DNA of 32,000 nt from Gemmata obscuriglobus (lineage in GTDB: Bacteria > Planctomycetota > Planctomycetia > Gemmatales > Gemmataceae): the NCBI RefSeq assembly GCF_008065095.1, contig NZ_CP042911.1, forward strand, positions 5,010,001 to 5,042,000, given 5' to 3'. Shown one piece after another: positions 23,060 to 32,000 of the stretch (within the stretch, counting starts at the first letter, position 1; every line of letters starts with the position of its first letter). Below the pieces are notes generated by a model. It made no database searches. It was not told the origin of the DNA and saw nothing but the letters and a program-made list of their open reading frames with translations. Position numbers and translations under genes: made by a program.

Positions 23060-24552
23060 GAGACTTCTCGCTGAACGCGACAACTTCATGATGCCGGCTT
23101 TCTGGTCTCCACACCCTTCGACTGTGTATCCGGCGTGACCGCGGTTTGTTTTTGGGTCAAGCGTTGTTGGTGCCAGCGATCCAGGGCCAGGACGATGAAC
23201 CGGACGATGGTCCTTCGCCGACGCCATTTGTACCGCACCTTTTCCAAGTATCGGAGGCGCCGATTGGTGCGCTCCACGTGGTTATTGGTCCGAACCCGTC
23301 GAGCGTGGGGGCTGTGCAGGAACGCCATCATCTTGTCGAACTTCTCGGCGCTCAGCAGTTCCAACGCCGAGGACAGGTCGGGATCGGATTGGTACTGTGC
23401 GTCTCGGACCAGAGCCGCCCGACGGCACCGCGCTTGATGAGGGCTTTGCTCGGGGTCGAACAGCCGATAGATCCGAAGCGCGAACGCGCGGAGCGCCCGC
23501 AGCGCGGGCAGGTAACCGAACATCTGGCTGAGCCAGCGGCGTTGTCGCCCATCCAGATGTTCGGGTCGGGTCACGATCAGGTGCCGATGCTTCCACACGA
23601 AGTGCCCTTGCTCCGTCTTGGTCTTCCCGCGGCGTGCCCGGGCCTGTTTCTGGGCCTTGCTCGGCCGGCCCCGACGTCGCTTCCGTCCCCCTTTTCGGGC
23701 GAGCGCGCGTCGGAGCCGTCGCAGGGCATCGAAGACATGGGTATTGATGTCCTTGAGGACATGGAACACGCACAGCTGGTGACGGGCGTGGGGCCACAGG
23801 TCCGCCAACACGGTGGGGTACAGGTTCGAGCCATCGGTGACGACCACTTGGGGCAAGAACCCGTGGTTCCGCAGGTTGTTCAGGAACCCACGCATATGGG
23901 CCTGATCGTTGGCCGAGACCACGGCGAAGGCCACCGGGAAATCGCCGATCGGGTCGGTGGCCAACAGGAGCGTGCGGTGGCCCAAGTGCAGCTCGTCGAT
24001 GCACAGGGTGCCCGAGAAGTTGTCAAGCGTCCACTGGCGGTACCCGGGCATGTCGGTCTGGCGCACCTTCCAGTCCAGGCAGTCCGAGAGGAACCCGTCG
24101 GACAGATCCAGGAGGAAGTCCCGACGCAACGCCTGTTGGAGCCGATGGGCGCTCATGCCGTCCTCGAGGAGTCGGTCGATGACGGCCTCGCGAACGCGGT
24201 TGGTGTACTCGGCTCGAGGTTCGATCCCTTCGATCTGAGAGCGGAAGGTCTTGCAACAGGCACAGGTGGCGCGGTATTCTCCAACGGTCAACTCGAGGAA
24301 CACGATTTCCCCGTAGGCGATGTCCCGAACGCGGCGGGTGTGGGTACCTTTCCGCCGTCCCCGTTCTCCGCACCGGGGGCACGGGAAGGTCTCCGGGGCA
24401 CAACTCTTCGACACAACGCGCACATGAGCGCGGTCCATGCCGGTGTCCTTGATGGGTTGGTGTGGTAACCCCCAAAAAGGCACCGGCTGGACTCTTTCAC
24501 AAGATCAATCACCGCAACGCAGTACCCGCTGTCGCGTCCAGCGAGAAGTGTC
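23060..24552 (-). mobile_element. Intact insertion sequence (~1.49 kb), ISL3-like, with 23-bp imperfect terminal inverted repeats and 8-bp TSD
   Basis: The left IR is gagacttctcgctgaacgcgaca (23060-23082). The reverse complement of the right IR (24530-24552) is gacacttctcgctggacgcgaca, matching at 21 of 23 positions. The element holds a single transposase ORF and is flanked by GATTTTCC direct repeats. Confidence 0.8.
23086..24438 (-). CDS. DDE transposase, ISL3-like (family assignment tentative)
   Basis: N-terminal zinc finger: CPRCGERGRRKGTHTRRVRDIAYGEIVFLELTVGEYRATCACCKTF. The DDE region has LCIDELHLG, VVVTDGSNLYP, QLCVFHVLKD and TNNHVERTNRRLRYLEK. I chose the ATG at 24438; a GTG at 24483 is possible. 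Confidence 0.85.
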   Translation of the reverse strand: MDRAHVRVVSKSCAPETFPCPRCGERGRRKGTHTRRVRDIAYGEIVFLELTVGEYRATCACCKTFRSQIEGIEPRAEYTNRVREAVIDRLLEDGMSAHRLQQALRRDFLLDLSDGFLSDCLDWKVRQTDMPGYRQWTLDNFSGTLCIDELHLGHRTLLLATDPIGDFPVAFAVVSANDQAHMRGFLNNLRNHGFLPQVVVTDGSNLYPTVLADLWPHARHQLCVFHVLKDINTHVFDALRRLRRALARKGGRKRRRGRPSKAQKQARARRGKTKTEQGHFVWKHRHLIVTRPEHLDGRQRRWLSQMFGYLPALRALRAFALRIYRLFDPEQSPHQARCRRAALVRDAQYQSDPDLSSALELLSAEKFDKMMAFLHSPHARRVRTNNHVERTNRRLRYLEKVRYKWRRRRTIVRFIVLALDRWHQQRLTQKQTAVTPDTQSKGVETRKPAS

Positions 24553-24560
24553 GATTTTCC
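24553..24560. repeat. Right copy of 8-bp target-site duplication GATTTTCC
   Basis: It is identical to 23052-23059 and directly abuts the right terminal inverted repeat. Confidence 0.75.
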
Positions 24561-24600
24561 CGTGCTTTTTGCACCACTGCCGGTGGTGGGAACGCTCACA

Positions 24601-24672
24601 AGAACTATCTAAACTTACATTATTATTAAATATAACATTAACTTTTAAGTTTCAACATTGATCACATACTGA
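24601..24672. other. Strongly AT-rich ~70-nt patch in intergenic DNA
   Basis: agaactatctaaacttacattattattaaatataacattaacttttaagtttcaacattgatcacatactg is conspicuous against the GC-rich background. The minus strand contains TTGAAA...TATATT/TATTTA, sigma-70-like hexamers. Confidence 0.6.
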
Positions 24673-24751
24673 CCAACGGAAGATACAGCGCAACTCAAAC
24701 GCGCACGCGCTGTGAAACACGGAACAGGTCTGGGCGCGCCCAGGTTCGGCT

Positions 24752-25861
24752 TTATTTCCACTTGTTCTGGCGCTCGAGTTCCTTGATGAAGTCAAGGGCC
24801 TCGTCCACGGTACCCACCCGTGCGCCGGGCACCCGGCCCCGGGTGTCGAGGTCCCGGAGCAGCATCAGGTCCTCGAAGTCCTCGGACTCCTCCAGACGTT
24901 TACGCTGCCGGTGCCCCAAAGTGCCGGCCTTATATTCGAGGGCCAGCATGTGGTTCTCGATCAGGAACGCGGTGCGCGGCGTGATGAGCCCGTCAAGAGC
25001 CTGAAGCCCTGCGGCGACGTGGTCACGCGGGTCGATGCCCTTCCCTACATCGTGCAGTAGCGCCGCGAGCAGGAACTCCTCGTCCCAGGCTCGCTCGCCG
25101 CGCGCCAGTTCAAACACCTGGAGCAGGTGAAACAGCACATCACCCTCGGGGTGGTGCTTCGCACTCTGTTTCACGCTTTCCAAAGGCAGCAACAGCAGCC
25201 GGAACATCTGGTACGGGTCGACGGCCTCCTGCTGGTCGGCGAGGGCCTCCTCAATGACGACTTCCGGGTGTTCATGCGCGATCAACTCTTCCAACTCGCG
25301 GGTGCTGGCCCGCTCGATCGCCTTGCCGGTGATGCTCGACTTGAAAACGTAGTGGGCCCGGTCCTCCTCGTACACCGTCAGTTCGAAGTTGAACGCGTCG
25401 AACACATGGACGTGCGTAAACACTCGACTCTCGCCGTGCTTCGTCACCTGCTTGCGTTCGACCTCGTATGGGAGGCCCTCTTCTTCCAACGCCGCTGTGA
25501 TCGGTTCGATGTGGTCGCTGAAGAGGTGCAGGTCGATATCGGACCCCTTGCGGGTGTGGCCGGTCATCACGCTACCGATCAGCCGGGGCCGGAAGCGCGT
25601 TAGCAGGCGCATCAGGCGCAGAGCGTGCAACCGCATCTCGCACAGATTCGCGGTCCGGGCCTCGCCCTCGTGAACCCGAGCGAACGCCTGCACCTGGTCA
25701 CGGACCTCCGCGTTACTCGGGAGATCGCTCGGTTTGACAGTGCCGCGGCAGAGCCGCTTCGCGGCCTTGCGTTTTGCGGTAAAGTACTCGGACTCGACGC
25801 GTTCGTACATGAGCCTTGCGGCTTCGAACGCGATCGCCTGACGCAACTTGGCGTCTGACAT
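24752..25861 (-). CDS. Fusion protein: Pol-beta-superfamily nucleotidyltransferase domain + HD phosphohydrolase domain
   Basis: NTase motif: RLIGSVMTGHTRKGSDIDLHLFS (GS...DxD). HD domain: KHHPEGDVLFHLLQV...LLAALLHDVGKG...ENHMLA. Confidence 0.8.
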   Translation of the reverse strand: MSDAKLRQAIAFEAARLMYERVESEYFTAKRKAAKRLCRGTVKPSDLPSNAEVRDQVQAFARVHEGEARTANLCEMRLHALRLMRLLTRFRPRLIGSVMTGHTRKGSDIDLHLFSDHIEPITAALEEEGLPYEVERKQVTKHGESRVFTHVHVFDAFNFELTVYEEDRAHYVFKSSITGKAIERASTRELEELIAHEHPEVVIEEALADQQEAVDPYQMFRLLLLPLESVKQSAKHHPEGDVLFHLLQVFELARGERAWDEEFLLAALLHDVGKGIDPRDHVAAGLQALDGLITPRTAFLIENHMLALEYKAGTLGHRQRKRLEESEDFEDLMLLRDLDTRGRVPGARVGTVDEALDFIKELERQNKWK

Positions 25862-26018
25862 GGAGTGAAGCGACGGTGTTTTTTAACGAGCCTGTCCGGT
25901 GCCGTCGCGAGGCTCGTTAGAAATTGTAGTCGAAAATCGTGCGGTCGGAACCCGGAAAGTGAGTAGAAGGGCTGCAACGCGATGTCGCTCACCCCTTCAG
26001 GGATCGGCATTACGGTAT

Positions 26019-26978
26019 TTAGGCGGAAGACAGGGACCGCCAATAGTTAAGCACGCCCGCGAGCGACTGATCGAGTGTGACCTGTGGCGCCCAGCCGGTT
26101 GCGGTACGGAGCTTGGCTGCGTCCGCGCGGGCCACAGCGGTATCGGCTTTGCGCCCGGGCTCGATCTTCTGATTCACCTGGATCGGCACCCGCGACATCG
26201 CCACCAACCTGTCCAGAAGGCTCTGGATCAGAAACGACTCGCCCCGCGCGGCGTTGTACGCCTCACCGCACTGCCCTTTTTCCAGAAGCAGCGGGAAGGC
26301 GGCCACGATGTCGCGCACGTCGGCCACGTCGCGGCGTGCCGAGAGGTCACCGACGTTGACTTCCGGGGCCTGCTTCCCGACCTCGGCGGCGGCAATTTGG
26401 CGAGCGAAGTTGGGCACCGCGAAGTCGGCACTCTGGCGCGGCCCGATCTGGTTGAACAGCCGCACCCGCACAATATCGAGCCCGGCGCTGCGGGTGTACT
26501 GGTAGCTGATGAGGTCAGCGGCCGCCTTGCTTGAGGCGTACGGGCTGGCCGGTTTGAGGGTGGTCGATTCGTCGCACACGCCGTCCGGCTCGTCGGGCTC
26601 ACCGTAGATCAGGCCGGTGGACACGAACAGGATGCGCGGCTTCAGGCCGGAACCGGCCACGGCGTCGTACAGGCAACGGGTGGCCGTGAGGTTCTCGCGC
26701 CACGCCCGCTCGGGGTCGCGGAACGAACCGCCGGTGTTGGCGTACCCGGCGAGGTGGCACACCCAGTCCGGGCGGCACTCGCGCACGACGCGTTCCGTCC
26801 CCGCACCGTCGCACAAATCGACCGCGTACAGCCGCGCGTGCGGCGAGAGGTGCGACAGGCCTTCGGGCCACTCCGCGCGACGGCTCACCCCGAACAGTTC
26901 GTGCCCGCCTAACGACATCAGGTGCTCCACCAGATGCCCGCCGACGAACCCGGTAATGCCGGTGATGAGAATTCGCAT
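26019..26978 (-). CDS. rmd: GDP-4-dehydro-6-deoxy-D-mannose reductase (Rmd-like SDR)
   Basis: MRILITGITGFVGGHLVEHL (Rossmann GxxGxxG), SPYASSKAAADL (YxxxK), and VGDLSARRDVADVRDIV resembling the Rmd block VGNL...RDF.DVRDVV. It lies immediately downstream of gmd on the same strand. The ATG at 26978 is preferred to the ORF-track 27044. Confidence 0.72.
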   Translation of the reverse strand: MRILITGITGFVGGHLVEHLMSLGGHELFGVSRRAEWPEGLSHLSPHARLYAVDLCDGAGTERVVRECRPDWVCHLAGYANTGGSFRDPERAWRENLTATRCLYDAVAGSGLKPRILFVSTGLIYGEPDEPDGVCDESTTLKPASPYASSKAAADLISYQYTRSAGLDIVRVRLFNQIGPRQSADFAVPNFARQIAAAEVGKQAPEVNVGDLSARRDVADVRDIVAAFPLLLEKGQCGEAYNAARGESFLIQSLLDRLVAMSRVPIQVNQKIEPGRKADTAVARADAAKLRTATGWAPQVTLDQSLAGVLNYWRSLSSA

Positions 26979-27066
26979 AGACTCGGTGTGAGTGGGTGTG
27001 CGGGTGTGGCGGGGGCAGGGAACGGGCCGGTGCTTCTTCCCCACCCCACACGCGCACTCGCACGGG

Positions 27067-28158
<1,092 letters not shown>

Positions 28159-28342
28159 TCACAAGTGGGAAATGGTAATGGCCCGTCGCCACAGCCTGAC
28201 GACCGCTATCGACTCGAACCCCACGGACCAGCCGTAAGGGCAAGACGGATATGCACGTTACGATGTCTGAACCCAACCAAAAAGCGATGCAGGCGGGTAC
28301 AATTTGCACCCGTCTCGCTCCACATTCAAACCGAAGCTGCAA

Positions 28343-29464
28343 TCACTTCTTCTGCTCCGCGAGCAAGAAAAGGTAGGTCGCCAGGTTGCGGTGCAGGTTG
28401 AAGTACGTCTCCTCACTCCCGGCAGGCGCCGCCGCGAACTGCAACTGGTGACGGGTCATGTGCTTCGCAAAGTTAGCGACCGTCGTACCCTCACTGGCCC
28501 ATTTCGTGTCCACTAAACCGTTATCTGCCCCGACCTTCATTGCCTTCGCGGCACCCGCAAGTTGGTTCATAAACCGCCGAGCGGCGGTCGAGTCCGCGAA
28601 CGGAATGTCTCGGATCACCGGGGCCAGCGCAGCTTCCATCTTTGCGAGCGTCGCTTCGAATTGCGTCCGTTTAGTTGCCTCCGGGGACTTACCAGCCTGG
28701 ATCGCAGTTGCCAGCGGCGCGAAGTCGCGGGCGAGGGCTAGTCTAAGGTCCTTGAGCGAAGGGTCGTCGAACGCGGACGGGAAATCGAGAGGCCGCAGCA
28801 CCAAGTTGAGCGCGTCGGCCGCATCGGACCCGCCGAATCGCACCTCTTCGAGTTGAAGCGGCGATACGAACGCCGACGGCCGTTCCACGTTGCGCAGTTC
28901 GGCTTTCGCAATCGCCACGAGCAGCGAATTGAGCGCCTCGCCCGACAGAACCTTTGTCCGATCAACCGGGCTCAGTTCTTTCTCGAAACCTGCCGGCAGG
29001 TTCGGAACGCGATCTGCGATCGGCGCCGGTACGACCGCCGTGCCGGACGAAGAGTTGCGGTCGGCCCCGTTCGCCCCGGGCAAGCCGGCCGCCCGCTGCG
29101 CACGCTGGATGTCGCGCTGCATGTCTTGAGCGAAGCTGGGCCGGACACTGCCCGACATGTACGACCCGTTCTGCGAGTAGAACGTCCCCCCCAGCGGCGA
29201 CAGGGACCAAGCCGGATTAAAATACCCGTAGGAATAGTACCGTGATCCGAACGTGAGGTTCCCGTACGTTGTCGGGATGCTCAGCCCGTACGTCTGCTGG
29301 TATCGGTACTGTGGCGCCGCGAAAAACGGATTGAAAGTCGGAGTGACCACCGGTCCGCCGTAGCGCTGGTACCCGTACCCGAACCCGAATTGAGCCGATG
29401 CGGTCGCGGGGCTCAGCACGAACCCTGCACCGGCCAGAACGAAAAGCGCCGTGAGCCGTTTCAT
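28343..29464 (-). CDS. Secreted hypothetical protein with Tyr/Gly/Phe-rich N-terminal region and helical C-terminal domain
   Basis: The signal peptide MKRLTALFVLAGAGFVLSPATASAQ is followed by FGFGYGYQRYGGPVVTPTFNPFFAAPQYRYQQTYGLSIPTTYGNLTFGSRYYSYGYFNPAWS. No family was recognised. The ATG at 29464 is preferred. Confidence 0.6.
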   Translation of the reverse strand: MKRLTALFVLAGAGFVLSPATASAQFGFGYGYQRYGGPVVTPTFNPFFAAPQYRYQQTYGLSIPTTYGNLTFGSRYYSYGYFNPAWSLSPLGGTFYSQNGSYMSGSVRPSFAQDMQRDIQRAQRAAGLPGANGADRNSSSGTAVVPAPIADRVPNLPAGFEKELSPVDRTKVLSGEALNSLLVAIAKAELRNVERPSAFVSPLQLEEVRFGGSDAADALNLVLRPLDFPSAFDDPSLKDLRLALARDFAPLATAIQAGKSPEATKRTQFEATLAKMEAALAPVIRDIPFADSTAARRFMNQLAGAAKAMKVGADNGLVDTKWASEGTTVANFAKHMTRHQLQFAAAPAGSEETYFNLHRNLATYLFLLAEQKK

Positions 29465-29582
29465 GATGATCCCCTTGAAGATGAGCAGCGCCGGCCGCAA
29501 CTAACGGGTATTCGTGACGGTCGGTCCGATCTTACACGATTTCAGGCGCGGTGTTCGCTTGTTGTTTCGACGACGCTCCAGG

Positions 29583-30581
29583 TCATTCCGTTGGCGTGAT
29601 AACGATTTTCCCGGTCAAAGTGCCGGCCTTCCGGATCGTGTTGTCCTCTTGCAACTGGTGTGCCTGTACGGTTTGCATCAGTGGGAACCGCGCGCCGATC
29701 AGCGCCACCAGTTTTCCGGCCTCGAACCACCTGTTCATCTCATCGGCTCCAACGCGCTGCTCCTCGGCGGTCATGTTGAACATCGCAAAGCCCATCAGCG
29801 ACAGGCCTTTCACGTAAAACGGCCCGTTCGGGAACACCGGGCGTGCGGCACGCCCCGCCATCACGATGATGCGTCCGCGTGTGGCCATCATTTCGACCGT
29901 TTCGTCGAAGTCCGCAGGCGGCAGCGTTTCGTACCACACTTGCACTCCTGTTCCGCCGGTGAACTCCTTGACCCGAGTGGAGATGTCGTCGGTTTTGTAA
30001 TTGATCGCCAGATCGGCGCCGAGTTCGCGCGCCAGCGCGGCCTTCTCTTCGCTCCCAACGGTGCAAATCACCTTCGCGCCAACCGCCTTTGCCATTTGCA
30101 CGACCATCGAGCCAACGCCCCCGGTGCCACCGTTCACGAATACGGTCTCGCCATGCGTCAGTTTCGCACGGTGAAACAGACCGAGGTGTGCGGTAATGCC
30201 CACCAGCGCGGCAGCCGCAGCCTGCTCATCCGTCACGCTCGCTGGCGTGGGGTACGCCCATTTCTCCTCGACGCACACGAACTCGGCACACGTACCGTGC
30301 CGGCCCAGCAACCCCTGGTTACTTCCCCAGACCCGGTCCCCGACCCTGAACTTCCCCCCTGGTCCAACCGCGTCGACAACGCCGGCGAAATCGGTGCCCG
30401 TGATCGCCGGCCTGGGCAGTGGCATGGGGGCCGCGCCGCTCCGAATGTACGTGTCGATCGGGTTGATGCCCGCGGCCAGCACTTTTACCCGAAGCTCCCC
30501 CGCCCGGGGGTCAGGTGTCGGCACGTCACCAAAGCGGATCACGTCGGGTGCGCCGGTGGTGTCGAAGTAAGCGGCTTTCAT
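29583..30581 (-). CDS. NADPH:quinone oxidoreductase / zeta-crystallin-like medium-chain dehydrogenase
   Basis: MKAAYFDTTGAPDVIRFGDVPTPDPRAGELRVKVLAAGINPIDTYIRSG...VFVNGGTGGVGSMVVQMAKAVGAKVI is MDR family, with no catalytic zinc motif seen. The ATG at 30581 is preferred. Confidence 0.85.
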   Translation of the reverse strand: MKAAYFDTTGAPDVIRFGDVPTPDPRAGELRVKVLAAGINPIDTYIRSGAAPMPLPRPAITGTDFAGVVDAVGPGGKFRVGDRVWGSNQGLLGRHGTCAEFVCVEEKWAYPTPASVTDEQAAAAALVGITAHLGLFHRAKLTHGETVFVNGGTGGVGSMVVQMAKAVGAKVICTVGSEEKAALARELGADLAINYKTDDISTRVKEFTGGTGVQVWYETLPPADFDETVEMMATRGRIIVMAGRAARPVFPNGPFYVKGLSLMGFAMFNMTAEEQRVGADEMNRWFEAGKLVALIGARFPLMQTVQAHQLQEDNTIRKAGTLTGKIVITPTE

Positions 30582-30705
30582 TGCGCGTGCCCTCTCGTTC
30601 GTGTGCGGGACGGTGCGATCCCCGGCCAAAGCTTCACCCTATTTACAGGGCGGCCCGATAGAATAGCCGTTCTCCTCCGTCCTTTCTCCCGAGGAGCCGA
30701 GCGCG

Positions 30706-31605
30706 ATGAACACGTCACCCGAGACGCTCGTCGAATACGGTCGGGCAATCGACGGCCACCAAATGGTAGAGCCGCCGGACGTGACCGCACTAGAACTCGA
30801 ACCCAATCACCCCGGCGAACACGACGCCGAGTACGTCGCGCGCCGGCAGTACCTTTTTGACCTCACGCGAAGGCACAGGCTTGAGCGCCTCGGTCCGCCA
30901 CTGATCGATTACACCGCCGAAGAAACTCGCGTGTGGCGTGAGGTCGCACCGAAGCTGCACGAACTGCACGACAAGTACGCGTGTGCCCTCTACCTCCGTG
31001 CGAAAGACGAACTTGCGATCACGGAAACCGAAATCCCCCAACTGAAAACTATCAGCGACCGCCTCGCGTGCGAAACGCAAATGCACCTAGTTCCGGCAGA
31101 GGGTGCGCTGCCGTACCGCACGTTCTACCAGTACATTGCCGGCCGCGGGTTCCCGGTCACGCAGTTCATCCGGCACGGTTCGCACCCGGAATTCACGCCG
31201 GAGCCGGACATGATCCACGACTGTCTGGGGCACGTGCCGCCCGTCATGAACCGGGATTACGCGGAGCTTCTGACGCTGATCGGCAAGGCCGCCGCGGCCA
31301 CCCCGCACGGCGACCAAGTGCTGGCGCTGAAGCGGTTCAGTTGGTTCAGCATCGAGTTCGGGCTGATCGAGGAGGCGGGCGAGGTAAAAGTGTTCGGCGC
31401 CGGCATCCTGTCGAGTACCGGCGAGATTCCGCACGCGCTGTTCTCACCGAGCGCAACCCGGCACCCGTTCGTAACGGACACGGTCATCGCCACGGACTAC
31501 GACCCGTCGCAGATGCAGAAGGACTTTTTCGTCGCGCCGTCGCTACTGTTCCTCCGGCGCGAGTTGGAAGCACTGGTCCGGCGGTTCGGTATACCTGTTC
31601 TCTGA
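30706..31605 (+). CDS. phhA: Phenylalanine 4-hydroxylase (aromatic amino acid hydroxylase)
   Basis: HPGEHDAEYVARRQ...PEPDMIHDCLGHVPPVMNRDYAELL (the two iron His ligands)...FSIEFGLIEEAGEVKVFGAGILSSTGE. A GAGGAG SD lies upstream. Confidence 0.92.
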   Translation: MNTSPETLVEYGRAIDGHQMVEPPDVTALELEPNHPGEHDAEYVARRQYLFDLTRRHRLERLGPPLIDYTAEETRVWREVAPKLHELHDKYACALYLRAKDELAITETEIPQLKTISDRLACETQMHLVPAEGALPYRTFYQYIAGRGFPVTQFIRHGSHPEFTPEPDMIHDCLGHVPPVMNRDYAELLTLIGKAAAATPHGDQVLALKRFSWFSIEFGLIEEAGEVKVFGAGILSSTGEIPHALFSPSATRHPFVTDTVIATDYDPSQMQKDFFVAPSLLFLRRELEALVRRFGIPVL

Positions 31606-31675
31606 TCGCTGTTTTGTATTCGGTCCCCATCTCGCGAGGCGATGGGACCAGCCCTAACTAACCACCACACCTCCA

Positions 31676-32000
31676 ATGGCAGACATTCCGCTCCGGAAGA
31701 TCGATCACGTCCGGTTCTTCGTCGGCAACGCGCGACAGAGCGCGTTCTTCTACCGGAACGCGTTCGGCTTCGACGTGGTCGCCTACGCCGGCCTCGAAAC
31801 CAAGGTGAAGCACGAGGCGGGATACGTCCTCAAGCAGGGCGAGATCACGTTCGTGCTCACCTCGCCGCTGTCCGAACAGCACCCGGAGAGCCGGCGGCTC
31901 GTGACCCACGGCGACGGCGTGATGGACATCGCGCTGGACGTGCCGAACGTGCGCGAAGCCTACGAGGAAGCGGTCCGCCGTGGCGCCAAAGGAGTGCGGC
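31676..32000 (+). CDS. hppD: 4-hydroxyphenylpyruvate dioxygenase, 5' part (continues beyond the window)
   Basis: My own translation from the ATG at 31676 is MADIPLRKIDHVRFFVGNARQSAFFYRNAFGFDVVAYAGLETKVKHEAGYVLKQGEITFVLTSPLSEQHPESRRLVTHGDGVMDIALDVPNVREAYEEAVRRGAKGV. This is a typical HppD N-terminal VOC-fold sequence. The frame stays open to the window end. Confidence 0.88.
   Translation, partial: MADIPLRKIDHVRFFVGNARQSAFFYRNAFGFDVVAYAGLETKVKHEAGYVLKQGEITFVLTSPLSEQHPESRRLVTHGDGVMDIALDVPNVREAYEEAVRRGAKGVR

Noticed and set aside
23143-23161. A minus-strand TGGCACcaacaACGCT sigma-54-like hit inside the transposase gene
   Set aside because: Only the GG and GC dinucleotides fit, the -12 region is otherwise unlike TTGCA, and the location is intragenic within a mobile element. 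It is most likely chance.
24218-24228. ggttcgatccc, a tRNA T-arm-like motif
   Set aside because: It lies inside the transposase coding region, and no acceptor, D or anticodon stems could be built around it. I found no tRNA gene in the window.
23146-24468. A 440-aa plus-strand ORF antisense to the transposase
   Set aside because: It has no motifs and a biased Gly/Pro/Arg/Val composition. The minus-strand frame has the zinc-finger and DDE transposase signatures, and the IS ends are consistent with a single transposase gene.
25884-25919. A perfect 10-bp hairpin taacgagcct/aggctcgtta between rmd and the NTase-HD gene
   Set aside because: It is real as an inverted repeat, but the T-run lies on the wrong side for termination of the minus-strand rmd transcript. 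Its function is unclear, so I did not call it a terminator.
26994-27026. A G-quadruplex-type motif (five G3+ runs) in the gmd-rmd spacer
   Set aside because: Such motifs are frequent in GC-rich genomes, and I cannot assess folding or conservation. I kept it only as a remark inside the gmd-rmd finding.

Overview
This is a GC-rich bacterial chromosomal segment, with coding third positions mostly G/C. It is most likely from Planctomycetota (Gemmata-like); that is an inference from the DUF1559-type proteins and the many long antisense ORFs typical of high-GC DNA. I support about 27 protein-coding genes, one intact insertion sequence with terminal inverted repeats and a target-site duplication, and several hairpins. 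I saw no rRNA, tRNA or CRISPR array.

Gene content, left to right:
- A polyprenyl-phosphate sugar transferase, 5' partial.
- Two tandem paralogous secreted DUF1559-domain proteins that lack the usual prepilin N-terminus.
- A sigma-54-dependent NtrC-family response regulator, transcribed divergently from a three-gene overlapping two-component cluster: a 1656-aa multi-PAS/GAF histidine kinase, an Rcp1-like single-domain response regulator, and a REC-histidine kinase hybrid.
- An AI-2E-family permease with a long cytoplasmic tail, an ElaB/DUF883-like membrane-anchored protein, and a lower-GC island carrying a 123-bp AT-rich palindrome.
- A DUF2784 protein and a GT1-type glycosyltransferase.
- A minus-strand FHA / dual-specificity phosphatase / DUF1015 / zinc-ribbon gene string, then greA.
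- An M78-peptidase-like protein without HExxH, an ISL3-like IS, and a Pol-beta-NTase + HD fusion.
- gmd and rmd (GDP-D-rhamnose branch), a Tyr/Gly-rich secreted protein, a quinone oxidoreductase, phhA, and the 5' part of hppD.

Most interesting observations:
1. The giant kinase starts with a membrane domain that matches the plant/cyanobacterial ethylene-binding domain, with the Cu-ligand Cys and His conserved.
2. Two almost identical sigma-54-type -24/-12 motifs (TGGCACGGnAGGTGCA) sit upstream of the kinase operon and of the DUF883 gene, next to the NtrC-family activator.
3. The AI-2E permease carries a C-terminal module resembling a CarH-type B12-binding domain.

All family assignments come from motif recognition by eye and need profile searches to confirm.
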